Origin: Bdellovibrionota bacterium
GTDB taxonomy: Bacteria; Bdellovibrionota_C; UBA2361; JBGSMV01
Assembly (NCBI GenBank): GCA_041739995.1
Contig: JBGSMV010000015.1
Coordinates: forward strand, 64,001 to 128,000
Reading direction: 5' to 3'
Length of the DNA: 64,000 bases
Both the position numbers and the translations under genes were made by a program. Numbering within the stretch: position 1 is the stretch's first letter; each line of letters starts with the position of its first letter. A model generated the notes under the pieces. It was not told the origin of the DNA, made no database searches, and saw only the letters and a program-made list of their open reading frames with translations. Below, piece by piece: positions 50,239-60,482 of the stretch.

Positions 50239-51531
50239 ATGGCAATAAATGCGTCAAAATCGAAATCAACAAATTCTAACTCTGAGGCTGGAGATACAGA
50301 GAAAGACAAGGCTCTAAGCTCTGCAATTAGCCAGCTCGAAAAGCGTTACGGGCAAGGTGCAATAATGCAGCTTGATGGCGAAAACGTTGCCGCCATAGAG
50401 TCCATTCCATCAGGTAGCCTTGGTCTCGACATCGCCCTGGGTATTGGCGGAGTGCCTCGCGGTCGAATCGTTGAAATATATGGGCCTGAGTCCTCCGGAA
50501 AGACCACTCTCGCTTTGCACGTTGCAGCGCAAGCGCAGCGCAAACAGGGCACCGTCGTATTTATCGACGCAGAGCATGCGCTCGATGTAAATTACGCCAA
50601 GAAACTTGGCGTTAACACGTCTACTTTGCTTGTAAGCCAGCCCGACTGTGGTGAGCAGGCACTAGAAATTTGCGAGACTTTAATCCACTCAGGATCTGTA
50701 GATCTAGTGGTAATCGATTCGGTTGCAGCGCTTGTTCCGCGCGCTGAAATCGACGGAGAAATGTCCGATCAGCAGCCCGGCCTTCAGGCTCGCTTGATGA
50801 GCAAGGCACTTCGAAAGCTAACCGCAATTGCCGCCAAGGCAGGCACGACGATTATCTTCATCAATCAAATACGTATGAAGATTGGGGTAATGTTCGGCTC
50901 TCCAGAAACTACTTCCGGTGGTAATGCGCTAAAATTCTACGCCTCAGTGCGTATGGATGTGAGACGCATAGGCTCCATTAAGGACGATGCAAACTCTGAA
51001 GTTCGCGGAAATCGAGTACGCGTGAAGGTAGTGAAGAATAAGATAGCGCCTCCATTTCGTGAAGCTGAGTTCGACATTATTTTTAATGAAGGCATCAGTA
51101 AGGTCGGAGAGCTTGTCGACATCGGAGTGGATAAGGGCGTGGTCGATAAGGCCGGGGCCTGGTTTTCTTTCCGCGGCGAGCGTCTCGGACAAGGCAGAGA
51201 GGGAGCTAAGCAATTCCTTAAAGAGCATCCAGAGCTCGCCGATGAGATTGAGCGTCTCGTTCTTTCCACCATGGGCATTGGTGCCGACTCAACTGGTACG
51301 GAGTCAGGAGGATCGAAGGCTGGCAGTGTGGCTCTTGGTAATGTCGCTCTTGGCAGCGCAGCTCTGGACGAGAAAACCACATCTTCTCCTCTCGATGCAG
51401 TCGAGAAAGTTGCAGTTGCTGAAGCTAGCGACGAGGAATCTACTGAAAATTCTTCATCGAAAGCGAAGTCAGCCGGGGCTCGCCCTGGAAAGGGCAAGGC
51501 TTCCAATTCTATGGCGAGCGCTTCTACCTAA
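50239..51531 (+). CDS. recA: Recombinase RecA with long Ser/Ala-rich C-terminal tail
   Basis: [61 protein letters not shown]. Confidence 0.98.
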   Translation: MAINASKSKSTNSNSEAGDTEKDKALSSAISQLEKRYGQGAIMQLDGENVAAIESIPSGSLGLDIALGIGGVPRGRIVEIYGPESSGKTTLALHVAAQAQRKQGTVVFIDAEHALDVNYAKKLGVNTSTLLVSQPDCGEQALEICETLIHSGSVDLVVIDSVAALVPRAEIDGEMSDQQPGLQARLMSKALRKLTAIAAKAGTTIIFINQIRMKIGVMFGSPETTSGGNALKFYASVRMDVRRIGSIKDDANSEVRGNRVRVKVVKNKIAPPFREAEFDIIFNEGISKVGELVDIGVDKGVVDKAGAWFSFRGERLGQGREGAKQFLKEHPELADEIERLVLSTMGIGADSTGTESGGSKAGSVALGNVALGSAALDEKTTSSPLDAVEKVAVAEASDEESTENSSSKAKSAGARPGKGKASNSMASAST

Positions 51532-51802
51532 ACGGAGGGGCTATCAGGTAAAGGCGCCTGCTAAGATAGAGAGTTCCTTCGTTCTTGAATCATATTGGTT
51601 TTAGGACGAAGGGCTCTTGCTGAGCATAACTGCAACATCGAGATTCTAATCCTGAATTCACTTAATCGCCTTTGTCCCTCCCCGTTCTGATGCCTGTGTG
51701 TGTCCACAGTCCTATGGTGGCAAACTGCCGAGTTAGGAATCGCTTCAGCGATCTAGGTGTCGCACAATACCGCCGGAACCCTTAGTATCGAGTCGGACTC
51801 TT

Positions 51803-52807
51803 ATGCTCATCCGCTCCTCCGGCCACATTTCTGATGGATTTTTCCTCTTTAGCTTAGGGGAGAGTTGCCACTATGCGCTGGCGGCTCTCAATCCTCACAC
51901 ACTTGATGACGATTCTTCCCCTCAGAGTGCGCCTTCTCTTAGTGAGACCTTTTCACCGGCTGCAATCCCTCCTGCTCGCATCGAGAACGTGCCTTTCGTC
52001 GTTTTCGACCCCGGCACTACTGCACATGCTCAACAACTGGCTCAGCGATTTACTCAGGCGGGGCTCAAAATTGAAAATTTAAGCCTGATCTTGCTTACTC
52101 ATCTGCATCCGGAGAGATGCGCAGGAGCTTCCTGGCTCGCAAGCAGAGCAGGCAACGCTAAAGTCGTAGGATCTTCACAAATGGCAGCCGCACTTCGTAA
52201 CTCCGAAGTTTGCCAAGCCTTGCTTGATGCGGATTTAGGCTGGTCAAAGGAATTCGGAATCGTGGCAACTCCTCCTAATAAGAAGATTGCGCCGCTAACG
52301 ATTCATGAAGAGGTAATGGACGGTGAAATACTTGGCGTTGGTGACGACGTCACTATACGCGTCCTGAATTCTCCGGGGCACACCGCTGAGTCTTTGTGGT
52401 ACCTCATTCAACCTCACGGAATTCTTATCGGAGACGATCTAATCGGGCACTACCGTGGGCGCTCACCCCCTACTCCTGCTGCCGATTTTGACTTTGAGGG
52501 AGCGCAGGCCAGCCTGAAGCGCCTTGAACGAGTGGCCTGGTCTGGAATCGGACTTCCATTTAATGGACTCCTGGTTGGAAAGCCCGCTCGCGGGTTTCCG
52601 AAGCAAGTAGCTACCGTCCTAGAAGAAGTAAAAGCTCAAATCGAACACGCAAAAAGTAACGGAATTTCCGCAGAAGAAATTAGGGCAGCTCTTCAAGAGC
52701 AGCTCTTTTCTAGTTTATCGAGAGACCCAGTATTGCGTGCAACTCGCGAGCGCTCACTGTCGTGCGTGCTAAAGATGTTCTCCGTCGAGGCCCCTCAAAA
52801 CAGCTAG
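51803..52807 (+). CDS. Metallo-beta-lactamase-fold protein (degenerate metal motif)
   Basis: VVFDPG, LLTHLHPER (instead of HxHxDH), SPGHT, LIGD. Confidence 0.8.
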   Translation: MLIRSSGHISDGFFLFSLGESCHYALAALNPHTLDDDSSPQSAPSLSETFSPAAIPPARIENVPFVVFDPGTTAHAQQLAQRFTQAGLKIENLSLILLTHLHPERCAGASWLASRAGNAKVVGSSQMAAALRNSEVCQALLDADLGWSKEFGIVATPPNKKIAPLTIHEEVMDGEILGVGDDVTIRVLNSPGHTAESLWYLIQPHGILIGDDLIGHYRGRSPPTPAADFDFEGAQASLKRLERVAWSGIGLPFNGLLVGKPARGFPKQVATVLEEVKAQIEHAKSNGISAEEIRAALQEQLFSSLSRDPVLRATRERSLSCVLKMFSVEAPQNS

Positions 52808-52827
52808 CGCCGATGTGCAATGATAGA

Positions 52828-53988
52828 CTACCAATAGAGTCTCGCCAGCACGAGCGCATGATCTGACGCCTCTTCGGGTGTGAAAACGAGCTCGCTGTCG
52901 AAATCTCCCTCCTTAAGGTCAGACTTCCACGCGTATCCAAGAGTCGCGCTGGGTAGCAGGATATCATCCAGCCAAAATTGTCTCTTCCCTAGACGGTAGG
53001 TTCCTCCCATCAGCTTGGTCTCTGGGTCTAAAGTAAGAACACTTGTAAGTATCGGCGCTTTTGCGACATTTCCCTGGCAAAGGGGAGTGCCACGCTTCCC
53101 TAGTCGACATGGCGCACCAGTTTGAAAATCGCTGAGGGCGAGCGTGCCATCAAGTAGCTTGGCTGTTGCGCTATCAAAGTCGGTGTTTCTATCGCCCATC
53201 ACCACAAGAATACCGCCTGAACCCCCGAGCGAGTCTTTATGCCGCTCAATGATGATTCTGCGCAGCGCCTCAGCCATCTCCATGCGGTATGTTTCCCAGC
53301 CAAGCCCACTTGGGTCATCTCCTCCACCGGCGCGCGACTTAAAATGGAAATTCACCACGGTCAGAATCTGACGCTTGCCCTCGCCACGCGGCTTGATGGC
53401 AATCTGCATTTCCAATGGACCTCTCCCAAAGAACCTTGGCTTTTGGTCTTCGCTCAGCTTTGGGAGCTCCGCTCTGTGGTAGGAGACCACGTTCTCGATA
53501 GAGCCACGGTCCGCCGCAACCAGGATTGCATTACGCATGCCTTCATCGTTTGAAGACCCCACCTTGCCGATAAAAGTCCTCCCTGAGCCCTTCTTTAGTG
53601 CATCGGCAAAAAGCTTGAGCACCTCTTCGCCACGCTCATCAGTACGAGAAATAATTTCCTGCACTGCGATAACGTCGCATCGCGCACTCACCATTCTGTG
53701 CACAAGCGCAATCTCTTTGTCGCGATACGCTTGTTCCGACACTCCGCGTAACTTGGACCTGACTTCAGAATAGCGCCCGTACATTTGCAAGTTCTGGCTA
53801 CAGACCGTTAGTTGAGGCACTCGCTCTGGAGCATCATCAAAAGCCTCCAGATTAGCGCGCGTTTGGGCAAGCGCCGCACCAGCACTGCACAGGCCACCAA
53901 TACACAGGCCACCCATACACAGTCCAACAAAAGACAGCGTCAACGCCTGCAAACGGTTTCGTAAAAAAGAAGGGCTCGAGTGTTTCAT
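52828..53988 (-). CDS. Exported endonuclease/exonuclease/phosphatase (EEP) family protein
   Basis: SQN, DVIAVQE, NFHFKSR, VMGDRN, LDDIL, SDH motifs; signal peptide. Confidence 0.88.
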   Translation of the reverse strand: MKHSSPSFLRNRLQALTLSFVGLCMGGLCIGGLCSAGAALAQTRANLEAFDDAPERVPQLTVCSQNLQMYGRYSEVRSKLRGVSEQAYRDKEIALVHRMVSARCDVIAVQEIISRTDERGEEVLKLFADALKKGSGRTFIGKVGSSNDEGMRNAILVAADRGSIENVVSYHRAELPKLSEDQKPRFFGRGPLEMQIAIKPRGEGKRQILTVVNFHFKSRAGGGDDPSGLGWETYRMEMAEALRRIIIERHKDSLGGSGGILVVMGDRNTDFDSATAKLLDGTLALSDFQTGAPCRLGKRGTPLCQGNVAKAPILTSVLTLDPETKLMGGTYRLGKRQFWLDDILLPSATLGYAWKSDLKEGDFDSELVFTPEEASDHALVLARLYW

Positions 53989-54626
53989 TGGTTCACCTTA
54001 AGTCGCGGAGTTCGCTTCACTAGAGACTCAAACACCACCTCTGCTGAAAGCCCACTCGCCTTAGCGGTCTGTATTCTTGCCAGAGCTACGCTCCCCACCA
54101 AAATCGCATCTACGATGTCTTGATGCCTTTGCAACTCGCTTTCCTCTGTAGGAAATCCCATGGCGCTCAACTCTTTGTGATAGAGTGTCGCCACCACTCG
54201 CACCGCCGAAGCTTTTATCTGATCACGGGGTAACTGCTTGCCTCGCAGCCCCATCATTTCACTATGAACACTTCGCGGATTGACCCGACCAGGCACCACC
54301 AACTTTCGTTGCCTTGCGAGAGTCTCAAACAGGGCTCTAACTTGCTCGACCAAAAGCGCAGCACGCGGGTCCTTCATCGTGGTAGGCGCTTCACACACCA
54401 AAAAATCATCCTGGTTCAGCTTAAGGTCCTCAAGACAGGTAGAAAAACGCTCCTGAAGATTCCTTAGCCTTTCGGCCAACGGTCTATGCGGAGGCAATGA
54501 CCGAAGCTTCCCGACGGCAACTAGGCGCTGACTTCCAATCGAAAACAGCGCCCACCCCGAACACGTCAGACTCGGGTCCACAGACATAAGCCGAGCAACC
54601 TCGGGCGACCCTGACATATACCTCAA
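53985..54626 (-). CDS. ruvC: RuvC-like Holliday junction resolvase (RNase H fold)
   Basis: SVDPSLTCSGWA, AERL, LVCE, DIVDAILVG. Confidence 0.75.
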   Translation of the reverse strand: MRYMSGSPEVARLMSVDPSLTCSGWALFSIGSQRLVAVGKLRSLPPHRPLAERLRNLQERFSTCLEDLKLNQDDFLVCEAPTTMKDPRAALLVEQVRALFETLARQRKLVVPGRVNPRSVHSEMMGLRGKQLPRDQIKASAVRVVATLYHKELSAMGFPTEESELQRHQDIVDAILVGSVALARIQTAKASGLSAEVVFESLVKRTPRLKVNQ

Positions 54627-54954
54627 CTCCTTGGAAGTCTTAAGCTTATCTTCGTACGCCGCACTGCTGAACAGCCACCCACTCCGAAGGTTCTTCTATA
54701 AGACCCTAGATTCGGCTCAATTAGTCTGACCTCGGACGTCCTCGACTTCCACCTCGTAAAAGATGCCCTATGATGCCCCAAAGAATGGACCCCAAAAGCA
54801 ATGAATTACCGGGCTCAAGTATACGGGCGCCTAAATCCCCCCACAACGTTCTATTCGGGCCTCTAGGCTCTACTGACATCCTCACTCCCGCAGTTCCATG
54901 CATAATCTTGCTGTGTTACACCCTTATCGTCGAATAGCTCGTTAAGTTTCTCAT

Positions 54955-55902
54955 ATGGATCAAGAACTTCTTTCTGATTTGTACCGTCGTATGTCCCGAA
55001 TTCGGCGTTTCGAGGAAGAGGCCGCGCGCCTCTACACCGAGCGCAAGATCGGAGGGTTTCTTCACCTTTATATTGGACAAGAGGCCGTCGCCGTCGGAGC
55101 TTCCTCCGTCCTTGAAGCCAAGGACTTCTTCATTACCGCCTATCGTTGTCACGGCCACTACCTTGCCCGCGGGGGAACTTCCCGCGCTGGCATGGCAGAA
55201 CTTATGGGCAAAGACACGGGCTGCTCGCGCGGTCGCGGCGGCTCGATGCACTTCTACGACGCCGCTTTAAACTTTATGGGAGGATGGGGCATCGTAGGTG
55301 CCCACCTTCCAGTCGCCGCCGGAGTCGCATTTGCCCAAAAGTACCGCGATAGCGATGCGGTGACGATTTGCTTCCTCGGCGATGGTGCGATCAACATTGG
55401 CTGTTTTCACGAAGGAATGTCACTCGCCGCACTTTGGAACTTACCCGTCATTTTCGTGATCGAGAACAACTACTTCGCAATGGGCACGCCGCTCTCGAAA
55501 ACTTGCCCAACTGAAGATCTTTCAATCCGCGCGCTTGGATATCCCATGGCGCGCGCCAGCGTGGATGGCCACGACGTATTCGCAGTGCGTTCAACAATTC
55601 ACACCGCTGCAAAGCGCGCCCGAGAACAGCGCATGCCAACGCTCATTGAGGCTAAGACCTATAGATATCGTGGGCACTCGATGGCGGACCCCGCAAAATA
55701 TAGGACAGAGGCCGACGTCGAAGAATGGAAGCAACGCGACCCGATTCGCGTACTAGGCGAGAAGCTTGATAGCTTAGGCTTCTCTGAAACGCGGCAACGC
55801 ATTGACCGCGAGATTGAAGACGAAATTAATGACGCAGTACAGTTCGCTGAGAACTCTCCGTTCCCAAGCGCAGACTCCGTCGCCGAATACGTTTATACAT
55901 AG
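54955..55902 (+). CDS. pdhA: Pyruvate dehydrogenase E1 alpha
   Basis: KIGGFLHLYIGQEAV, GRGGSMH, GDGA...ENN, TYRYRGHSMADPAKYRT. Confidence 0.96.
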   Translation: MDQELLSDLYRRMSRIRRFEEEAARLYTERKIGGFLHLYIGQEAVAVGASSVLEAKDFFITAYRCHGHYLARGGTSRAGMAELMGKDTGCSRGRGGSMHFYDAALNFMGGWGIVGAHLPVAAGVAFAQKYRDSDAVTICFLGDGAINIGCFHEGMSLAALWNLPVIFVIENNYFAMGTPLSKTCPTEDLSIRALGYPMARASVDGHDVFAVRSTIHTAAKRAREQRMPTLIEAKTYRYRGHSMADPAKYRTEADVEEWKQRDPIRVLGEKLDSLGFSETRQRIDREIEDEINDAVQFAENSPFPSADSVAEYVYT

Positions 55903-55917
55903 TTTAGGTAGTGTCGT

Positions 55918-56928
55918 ATGGGAGAAGCCGCTCCACAAAGCGCTCCGCGTGAAATTGCAATTCGTGACGCCATTCGAGAGGCCATGTCAGAAGAGATGCG
56001 AAGGGATGACCGCGTCTTTCTCATGGGCGAAGAAGTTGGTTCCTATAACGGTGCCTACAAATGTTCGCGAGGCATGCTCGATGAGTTTGGCGCCAAACGA
56101 GTAGTAGACACCCCTATCGCCGAGAACGGTTTTACCGGTGCCGGAATCGGTGCGGCAATGGCAGGCCTCAGGCCGATCATTGAGTTCATGACCTTTAACT
56201 TCTCTCTGATAGCAATTGATCAAATTCTGAACACCGCCGCCAAAGCGCGCCTCATGTCGGCCGGACAGCTTCAGTGTCCGATAGTATTTCGTGGCGCGGG
56301 GGGGGCGGCGTTCCAGTTGGGCGCTCAACACGCCAACTCATTCGATCACTTTTACGCATACACACCAGGCCTTGTGGTCGTTGCCCCAGCCACTCCCTAC
56401 GACATGAAAGGCTTACTAAAAAGCAGCATTCGAAACGACAATCCGGTAGTTTTCTTTGAGTCTGAGCTCACTTATTCGATGAAGGGCGTGGTGCCTGAAG
56501 AGGAGTACCTAGTTCCAATTGGCGTTGCTGACGTTAAGCGCGAAGGTACAGACATCACCCTTATCTCTTGGGGAAGAAGTGTGTTTCTTACCCTCGAGGT
56601 CGCTGCTGAGCTTGAGAGCCAAGGAATTTCTGCAGAAGTTATCGACCTTCGAACCCTCAGACCTTTAGATCGCGATGCAGTACTGCGCTCAGTGGCAAAA
56701 ACCCACCGCGCTCTAGTGATTCAGGAGCAGCATCAAGTCGCAAGTTATGGCGCATGGCTCAGCCACCTAATCACCTCTGAAATTTTTGACGAATTGGACG
56801 CTCCGGTGGGATTAATCTCCTCACTTGAGATCCCGATGCCATACTCCAAACCATTAGAAGCAATTGTACTACCATCCAAAGAGCGCTGTATCGCTGAGGC
56901 AATGAAGATTCTTGAGGGCGCGCGCTAG
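55918..56928 (+). CDS. pdhB: Pyruvate dehydrogenase E1 beta
   Basis: FLMGEEVG.YNGAYK, DTPIAE, EFMTFNFS, PIVFRG, IDLRTLRPLD. Confidence 0.96.
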   Translation: MGEAAPQSAPREIAIRDAIREAMSEEMRRDDRVFLMGEEVGSYNGAYKCSRGMLDEFGAKRVVDTPIAENGFTGAGIGAAMAGLRPIIEFMTFNFSLIAIDQILNTAAKARLMSAGQLQCPIVFRGAGGAAFQLGAQHANSFDHFYAYTPGLVVVAPATPYDMKGLLKSSIRNDNPVVFFESELTYSMKGVVPEEEYLVPIGVADVKREGTDITLISWGRSVFLTLEVAAELESQGISAEVIDLRTLRPLDRDAVLRSVAKTHRALVIQEQHQVASYGAWLSHLITSEIFDELDAPVGLISSLEIPMPYSKPLEAIVLPSKERCIAEAMKILEGAR

Positions 56929-57449
56929 TGCCCGCGCTTGCGTTTAATGGCCACATCCCTGCTGAGGGAGAAAATCTGTTTCTTGCGCCTGATGCCTGGT
57001 TGATTGGAGACGTGACAGTCGGCAAGAATGTGTCCGTCTTTTTTGGAGCAGTAGCCCGTGGCGACATTCTCCCTATTCGCATCGGGGACAGCACCAATAT
57101 TCAAGAGCATGCCATGCTTCACTCTTCTCATGGGCTGAAGCCCTGCGAGGTTGGAGAACGAGTTACCGTCGGCCATCGAGCCATTTTGCATGGATGCCGC
57201 ATCGAAGAGCGTTGCATCATTGGCATGGGCGCAACAGTGCTTGACGGTGCGGTGGTTGGTGCTCAATCAATCATTGGCGCTCAGACACTAGTTCCGATGA
57301 ACATGGTGATTCCACCTCGCTCCCTCGTCATGGGAGTTCCTGCTAAGGTGAAGAGAACCCTAGGCGACGACGAACTTGCGCAACTAGACGATTCCGCAGC
57401 ACGATACATGGAACTTGGCAGCGAGTATCGAAAGGTGTTTCGCGTATGA
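56928..57449 (+). CDS. Gamma-carbonic-anhydrase-family (YrdA/PaaY-like) hexapeptide protein
   Basis: IGDVTVG, ARGD, TNIQEHAMLH, VTVGHRAILHGC, IGMGATVLDG; start overlaps the pdhB stop. Confidence 0.92.
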   Translation: MPALAFNGHIPAEGENLFLAPDAWLIGDVTVGKNVSVFFGAVARGDILPIRIGDSTNIQEHAMLHSSHGLKPCEVGERVTVGHRAILHGCRIEERCIIGMGATVLDGAVVGAQSIIGAQTLVPMNMVIPPRSLVMGVPAKVKRTLGDDELAQLDDSAARYMELGSEYRKVFRV

Positions 57450-57982
57450 TTCAGCAGGGCCTTCGCCCGTTATCTTATTTCCTGGTTCTCATTTCCGTTT
57501 TGCTTGTGTGCCCTTTTGCCAATGCTCAAGACGTCACAGAAGATGCCCCTTCTCTCTTGGCCTCCTCAGCTCGCATCGAAAGACAACAGATTGTGAGCTC
57601 GCTGGACCGCAAGGCTGCCGAAGCCAAGAATTTGTATGGTATTGATGTGAGTGTAATGGGAGCTCTTGAAGCGTGTGCGCCTCTCGATGCATCAGTCGAG
57701 ACTTGCAGCCAGGCCGCTGAAAAAATCTCGCTAGAGATTGACGCCGAGGTCGAGCGCGAGATTAGGCTCAGGCAATTGCAGGACCCAAATACGCCTGTTC
57801 CTCAAGTTAATGTGACCATTATCGAGCAGCATGACACTGTGATATTTCCGCCACACCGGAACCGCCCTACCCGATTACCCGATCCCCCAGGCGAACCTCC
57901 CGCTCCAATTGTCAAACCCGGCTTGCAACCGCCGACTTGGCGCAATCCAATTCCGCCCTTTAAGAACCCCGTTCCCAGATAG
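57446..57982 (+). CDS. Exported hypothetical protein with Pro-rich C-terminus
   Basis: Signal peptide ending ANA; ATGA overlap. Confidence 0.7.
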   Translation: MIQQGLRPLSYFLVLISVLLVCPFANAQDVTEDAPSLLASSARIERQQIVSSLDRKAAEAKNLYGIDVSVMGALEACAPLDASVETCSQAAEKISLEIDAEVEREIRLRQLQDPNTPVPQVNVTIIEQHDTVIFPPHRNRPTRLPDPPGEPPAPIVKPGLQPPTWRNPIPPFKNPVPR

Positions 57983-58021
57983 TAGTCTCCCTCAAGGCAC
58001 TGCTGAGTACATGTAATTCTC

Positions 58022-58276
58022 CTAAGAACCATCCCCGAAGATATCCTGAAGAAGGCGGTCGAGGCGCTTTTTCTTTTTGATATCTCGAATTTGGGAGTGG
58101 AACAGCGACCAGAAAAGTGGCTGCGGCAGTCGCTCCCTCGTTCGTGACAATGCCGCAGAGGTGGAAAGGAGCCGCTCTATTTCCTTCGAAACTCCGCTCT
58201 TCACGGGGGCCTCTTTTTCTTCGGAACTCTTCACCGTGTCTGCTGTTGTTCCTTCTTCATCTCCGTGATCACTCAT
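58022..58276 (-). CDS. Small hypothetical protein
   Basis: 84-aa ORF, ATGA overlap with the upstream small ORF. Confidence 0.5.
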   Translation of the reverse strand: MSDHGDEEGTTADTVKSSEEKEAPVKSGVSKEIERLLSTSAALSRTRERLPQPLFWSLFHSQIRDIKKKKRLDRLLQDIFGDGS

Positions 58277-58461
58277 TTTTCCACCCCTGATGGCTCACTA
58301 CTTATCTTGAAGCCCACAAAATCGCTGGCGTACCTTCTAAGTATAGACATGAATTGCTTCGTCGCCCTCTTGAAAAGAAGCCTGAAAAATACCGGGACTA
58401 CATACTTTTTAATAACCCCCGAGATCCCTCGGGGCAGCGCTAACCCATGGCGACGCCGCAC
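58273..58461 (-). CDS. Small hypothetical protein
   Basis: 62-aa ORF translationally coupled to 58022..58276. Confidence 0.3.
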   Translation of the reverse strand: MRRRHGLALPRGISGVIKKYVVPVFFRLLFKRATKQFMSILRRYASDFVGFKISSEPSGVEK

Positions 58462-58570
58462 TAAATGCTACGGTGGACCTTTCTGGCTTTTAAACCTATT
58501 TTGCGGCTCTACGATGTACCATTTGCTCACAGGTAATTCTTTAGAGGCATTTTAGGATATACTAACCGCA

Positions 58571-59122
58571 ATGAATAAGGCCTTCCTTCCTGAAGACGCT
58601 CTCGAGAATCTCGATGAGCCATACGTTGCCCCCATTGTTTCGATGGAAAAGAACTACATGACGCCGGCAGGTGCCGCGCGGCTTCGTAGTGAATTCGATA
58701 ATCTCAAATTTAAGGAGCGCCCCGAAGTAGTAAAAGTTGTCGAATGGGCTGCGGGGAACGGAGACCGATCGGAGAACGGAGACTACTTATACGGGAAGCG
58801 CCGGCTGCGGGAAATCGACAAGCGGCTTCAGTACCTCTCAAAGCGACTTGAAAGCCTAGAAGTCATTGATCCTTCCTCCATTGTCTCCGATCAGGTGCGC
58901 TTCGGCGCCACCGTTAAAATTCGAGATGAGGATGACCGCGAAAAATCCTACTCGATCGTGGGAATAGACGAGGCCGACGCGGCCAACGGTCGCATTAGCT
59001 GGGTCTCCCCCGTGGCCCAGGCGCTTTTAAAGGGCAGAGTAGGCGATTATGTGCAGGTACGCGCACCAAAGGGGCTACAAGAAATTGAGATTGTCGCGAT
59101 AGAGTACCTACAGGTAGCCTAG
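58571..59122 (+). CDS. greB: Transcription elongation factor GreB
   Basis: KNYMTPAG, ERPEVV..VEWAAGNGDRSENGDYLYGKRRLREID, ISWVSPVAQALL. Confidence 0.95.
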   Translation: MNKAFLPEDALENLDEPYVAPIVSMEKNYMTPAGAARLRSEFDNLKFKERPEVVKVVEWAAGNGDRSENGDYLYGKRRLREIDKRLQYLSKRLESLEVIDPSSIVSDQVRFGATVKIRDEDDREKSYSIVGIDEADAANGRISWVSPVAQALLKGRVGDYVQVRAPKGLQEIEIVAIEYLQVA

Positions 59123-59327
59123 GTGCGGGCACGTCCGACCAGGCGTAATGCGGCAAAGGAAACACTCTCCTCAGGAGACGGCCTAATCCCTGATTCGGAT
59201 TAGCCGAGAGGTCTCATTCTGAGTTGGCTGATGGTTCTGACTAAACGTTATGGGGCAGCTCCATACTGTCGTCAAAGAACCTTCCGAACTTGTCGCCATA
59301 GTTTCTTGCTGAGAGTTACGCAGACGC

Positions 59328-60455
59328 ATGGATGCAATTATTTACATTATCTGGGTCAGTATCCCCATCACCTTGGTACTGCTCTCGATCTTGGTAGGCA
59401 TTAGAACTGCTTTCGACGATTCCAAAGAACTCGATCGCAAACGGCCAAAGCGCATCCTGCGAATGGCGAATGCCTTTGCATGCTACGCTGCCATTTGTGC
59501 GTCAATTGACCTCTACGTCCTTCAAGATATCGGCGAGTGGATTCCAGAATTTTACCCGTCAGACCAGTTTATCCTGCTTGCACGCTTAGGAATGCTGCCC
59601 GTACTGGCGATCGCCGGCTCCTTTCTTCTGCTCGTTGCGCGAGCGATTCGCCCCAGACGAGGCTTTGACCGTCTTCAAATGGAGGTCAGAGGCTCAAGTC
59701 CTCTTTTCCTATTCATAGCGTTGGGAATAGTGGCTTTTGTGGTTTGGGAACGAAGCGAAGCTATTCGAGCGAGCTCGCTTGAATATCCACGCGGAACCTC
59801 GAGCTTTAATCAAACATCAAGGCCAACTTTTGGAAACGGCGACCAGGCCCCTTCTCAGTCTAAAAATAGCGCCGCCTCGAGTGATGGCCAAACTCAGGAG
59901 CGGGGGCTTTTTGAATCGCTCTCCGAAAACTTTTCATCCTTCACAAGCGATTTGTATGAGATGGTTGGTCTCGAACGCCCCGCTCCCTCTTATGAAACGC
60001 CCCAACCGATGCCCACACCCATTCCCGGAGATCGTCCTGATTTTAATTCTGAAGGGAGTCTCACCTTCGGCCCTGTAGTCGAAAAAGTTGCACTGGAAGA
60101 AGGCGTCGATCCTTCTTTGGTGCTGGCCTTGGTCGAAGCATCTTCAGGGTTTAATGTGCGCTGGGAAGGAGTCGACGGCCACAAGGGCCTTATGGGCCTT
60201 CGTCCAGATTTGATGAGCGCGGTGGGCGATCGTGATTTCTTTAACGGATATCAAAACGTGCGCTTCGGCTGTCGCGAACTCAAACACATACTTGCTGCGA
60301 ACAATGACGATATCGCTCTAGCGGTGGCCCGCTACCGAATGGGCCTTCAGGAGATTGATTCTCTCTCCGATATCAAGGAAGGAAGTTTTCTATCCGAGTT
60401 TGTTGAAAAGGTGCTGGCAATTTACAAGATCGCAAAGGCACGCAATCGAACATAG
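59328..60455 (+). CDS. Membrane protein with C-terminal lytic transglycosylase (SLT)-like domain, catalytic motif degenerate
   Basis: Four TM segments; GVDPSLVLALVEASSGFN, GLMGL, NVRFGCREL, ALAVARYRMG, FVEKVL. Confidence 0.78.
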   Translation: MDAIIYIIWVSIPITLVLLSILVGIRTAFDDSKELDRKRPKRILRMANAFACYAAICASIDLYVLQDIGEWIPEFYPSDQFILLARLGMLPVLAIAGSFLLLVARAIRPRRGFDRLQMEVRGSSPLFLFIALGIVAFVVWERSEAIRASSLEYPRGTSSFNQTSRPTFGNGDQAPSQSKNSAASSDGQTQERGLFESLSENFSSFTSDLYEMVGLERPAPSYETPQPMPTPIPGDRPDFNSEGSLTFGPVVEKVALEEGVDPSLVLALVEASSGFNVRWEGVDGHKGLMGLRPDLMSAVGDRDFFNGYQNVRFGCRELKHILAANNDDIALAVARYRMGLQEIDSLSDIKEGSFLSEFVEKVLAIYKIAKARNRT

Positions 60456-60482
60456 GCTAAGAACCTACAACCACCGAAAGCA

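Noticed and set aside
59145..59225. c-di-GMP-I riboswitch (GGCAAA...GGCCTAA) or hairpin after greB
   Set aside because: It lacks the GCAAAGCC core and the GNRA-capped P2 stem; more likely a simple 3' hairpin.
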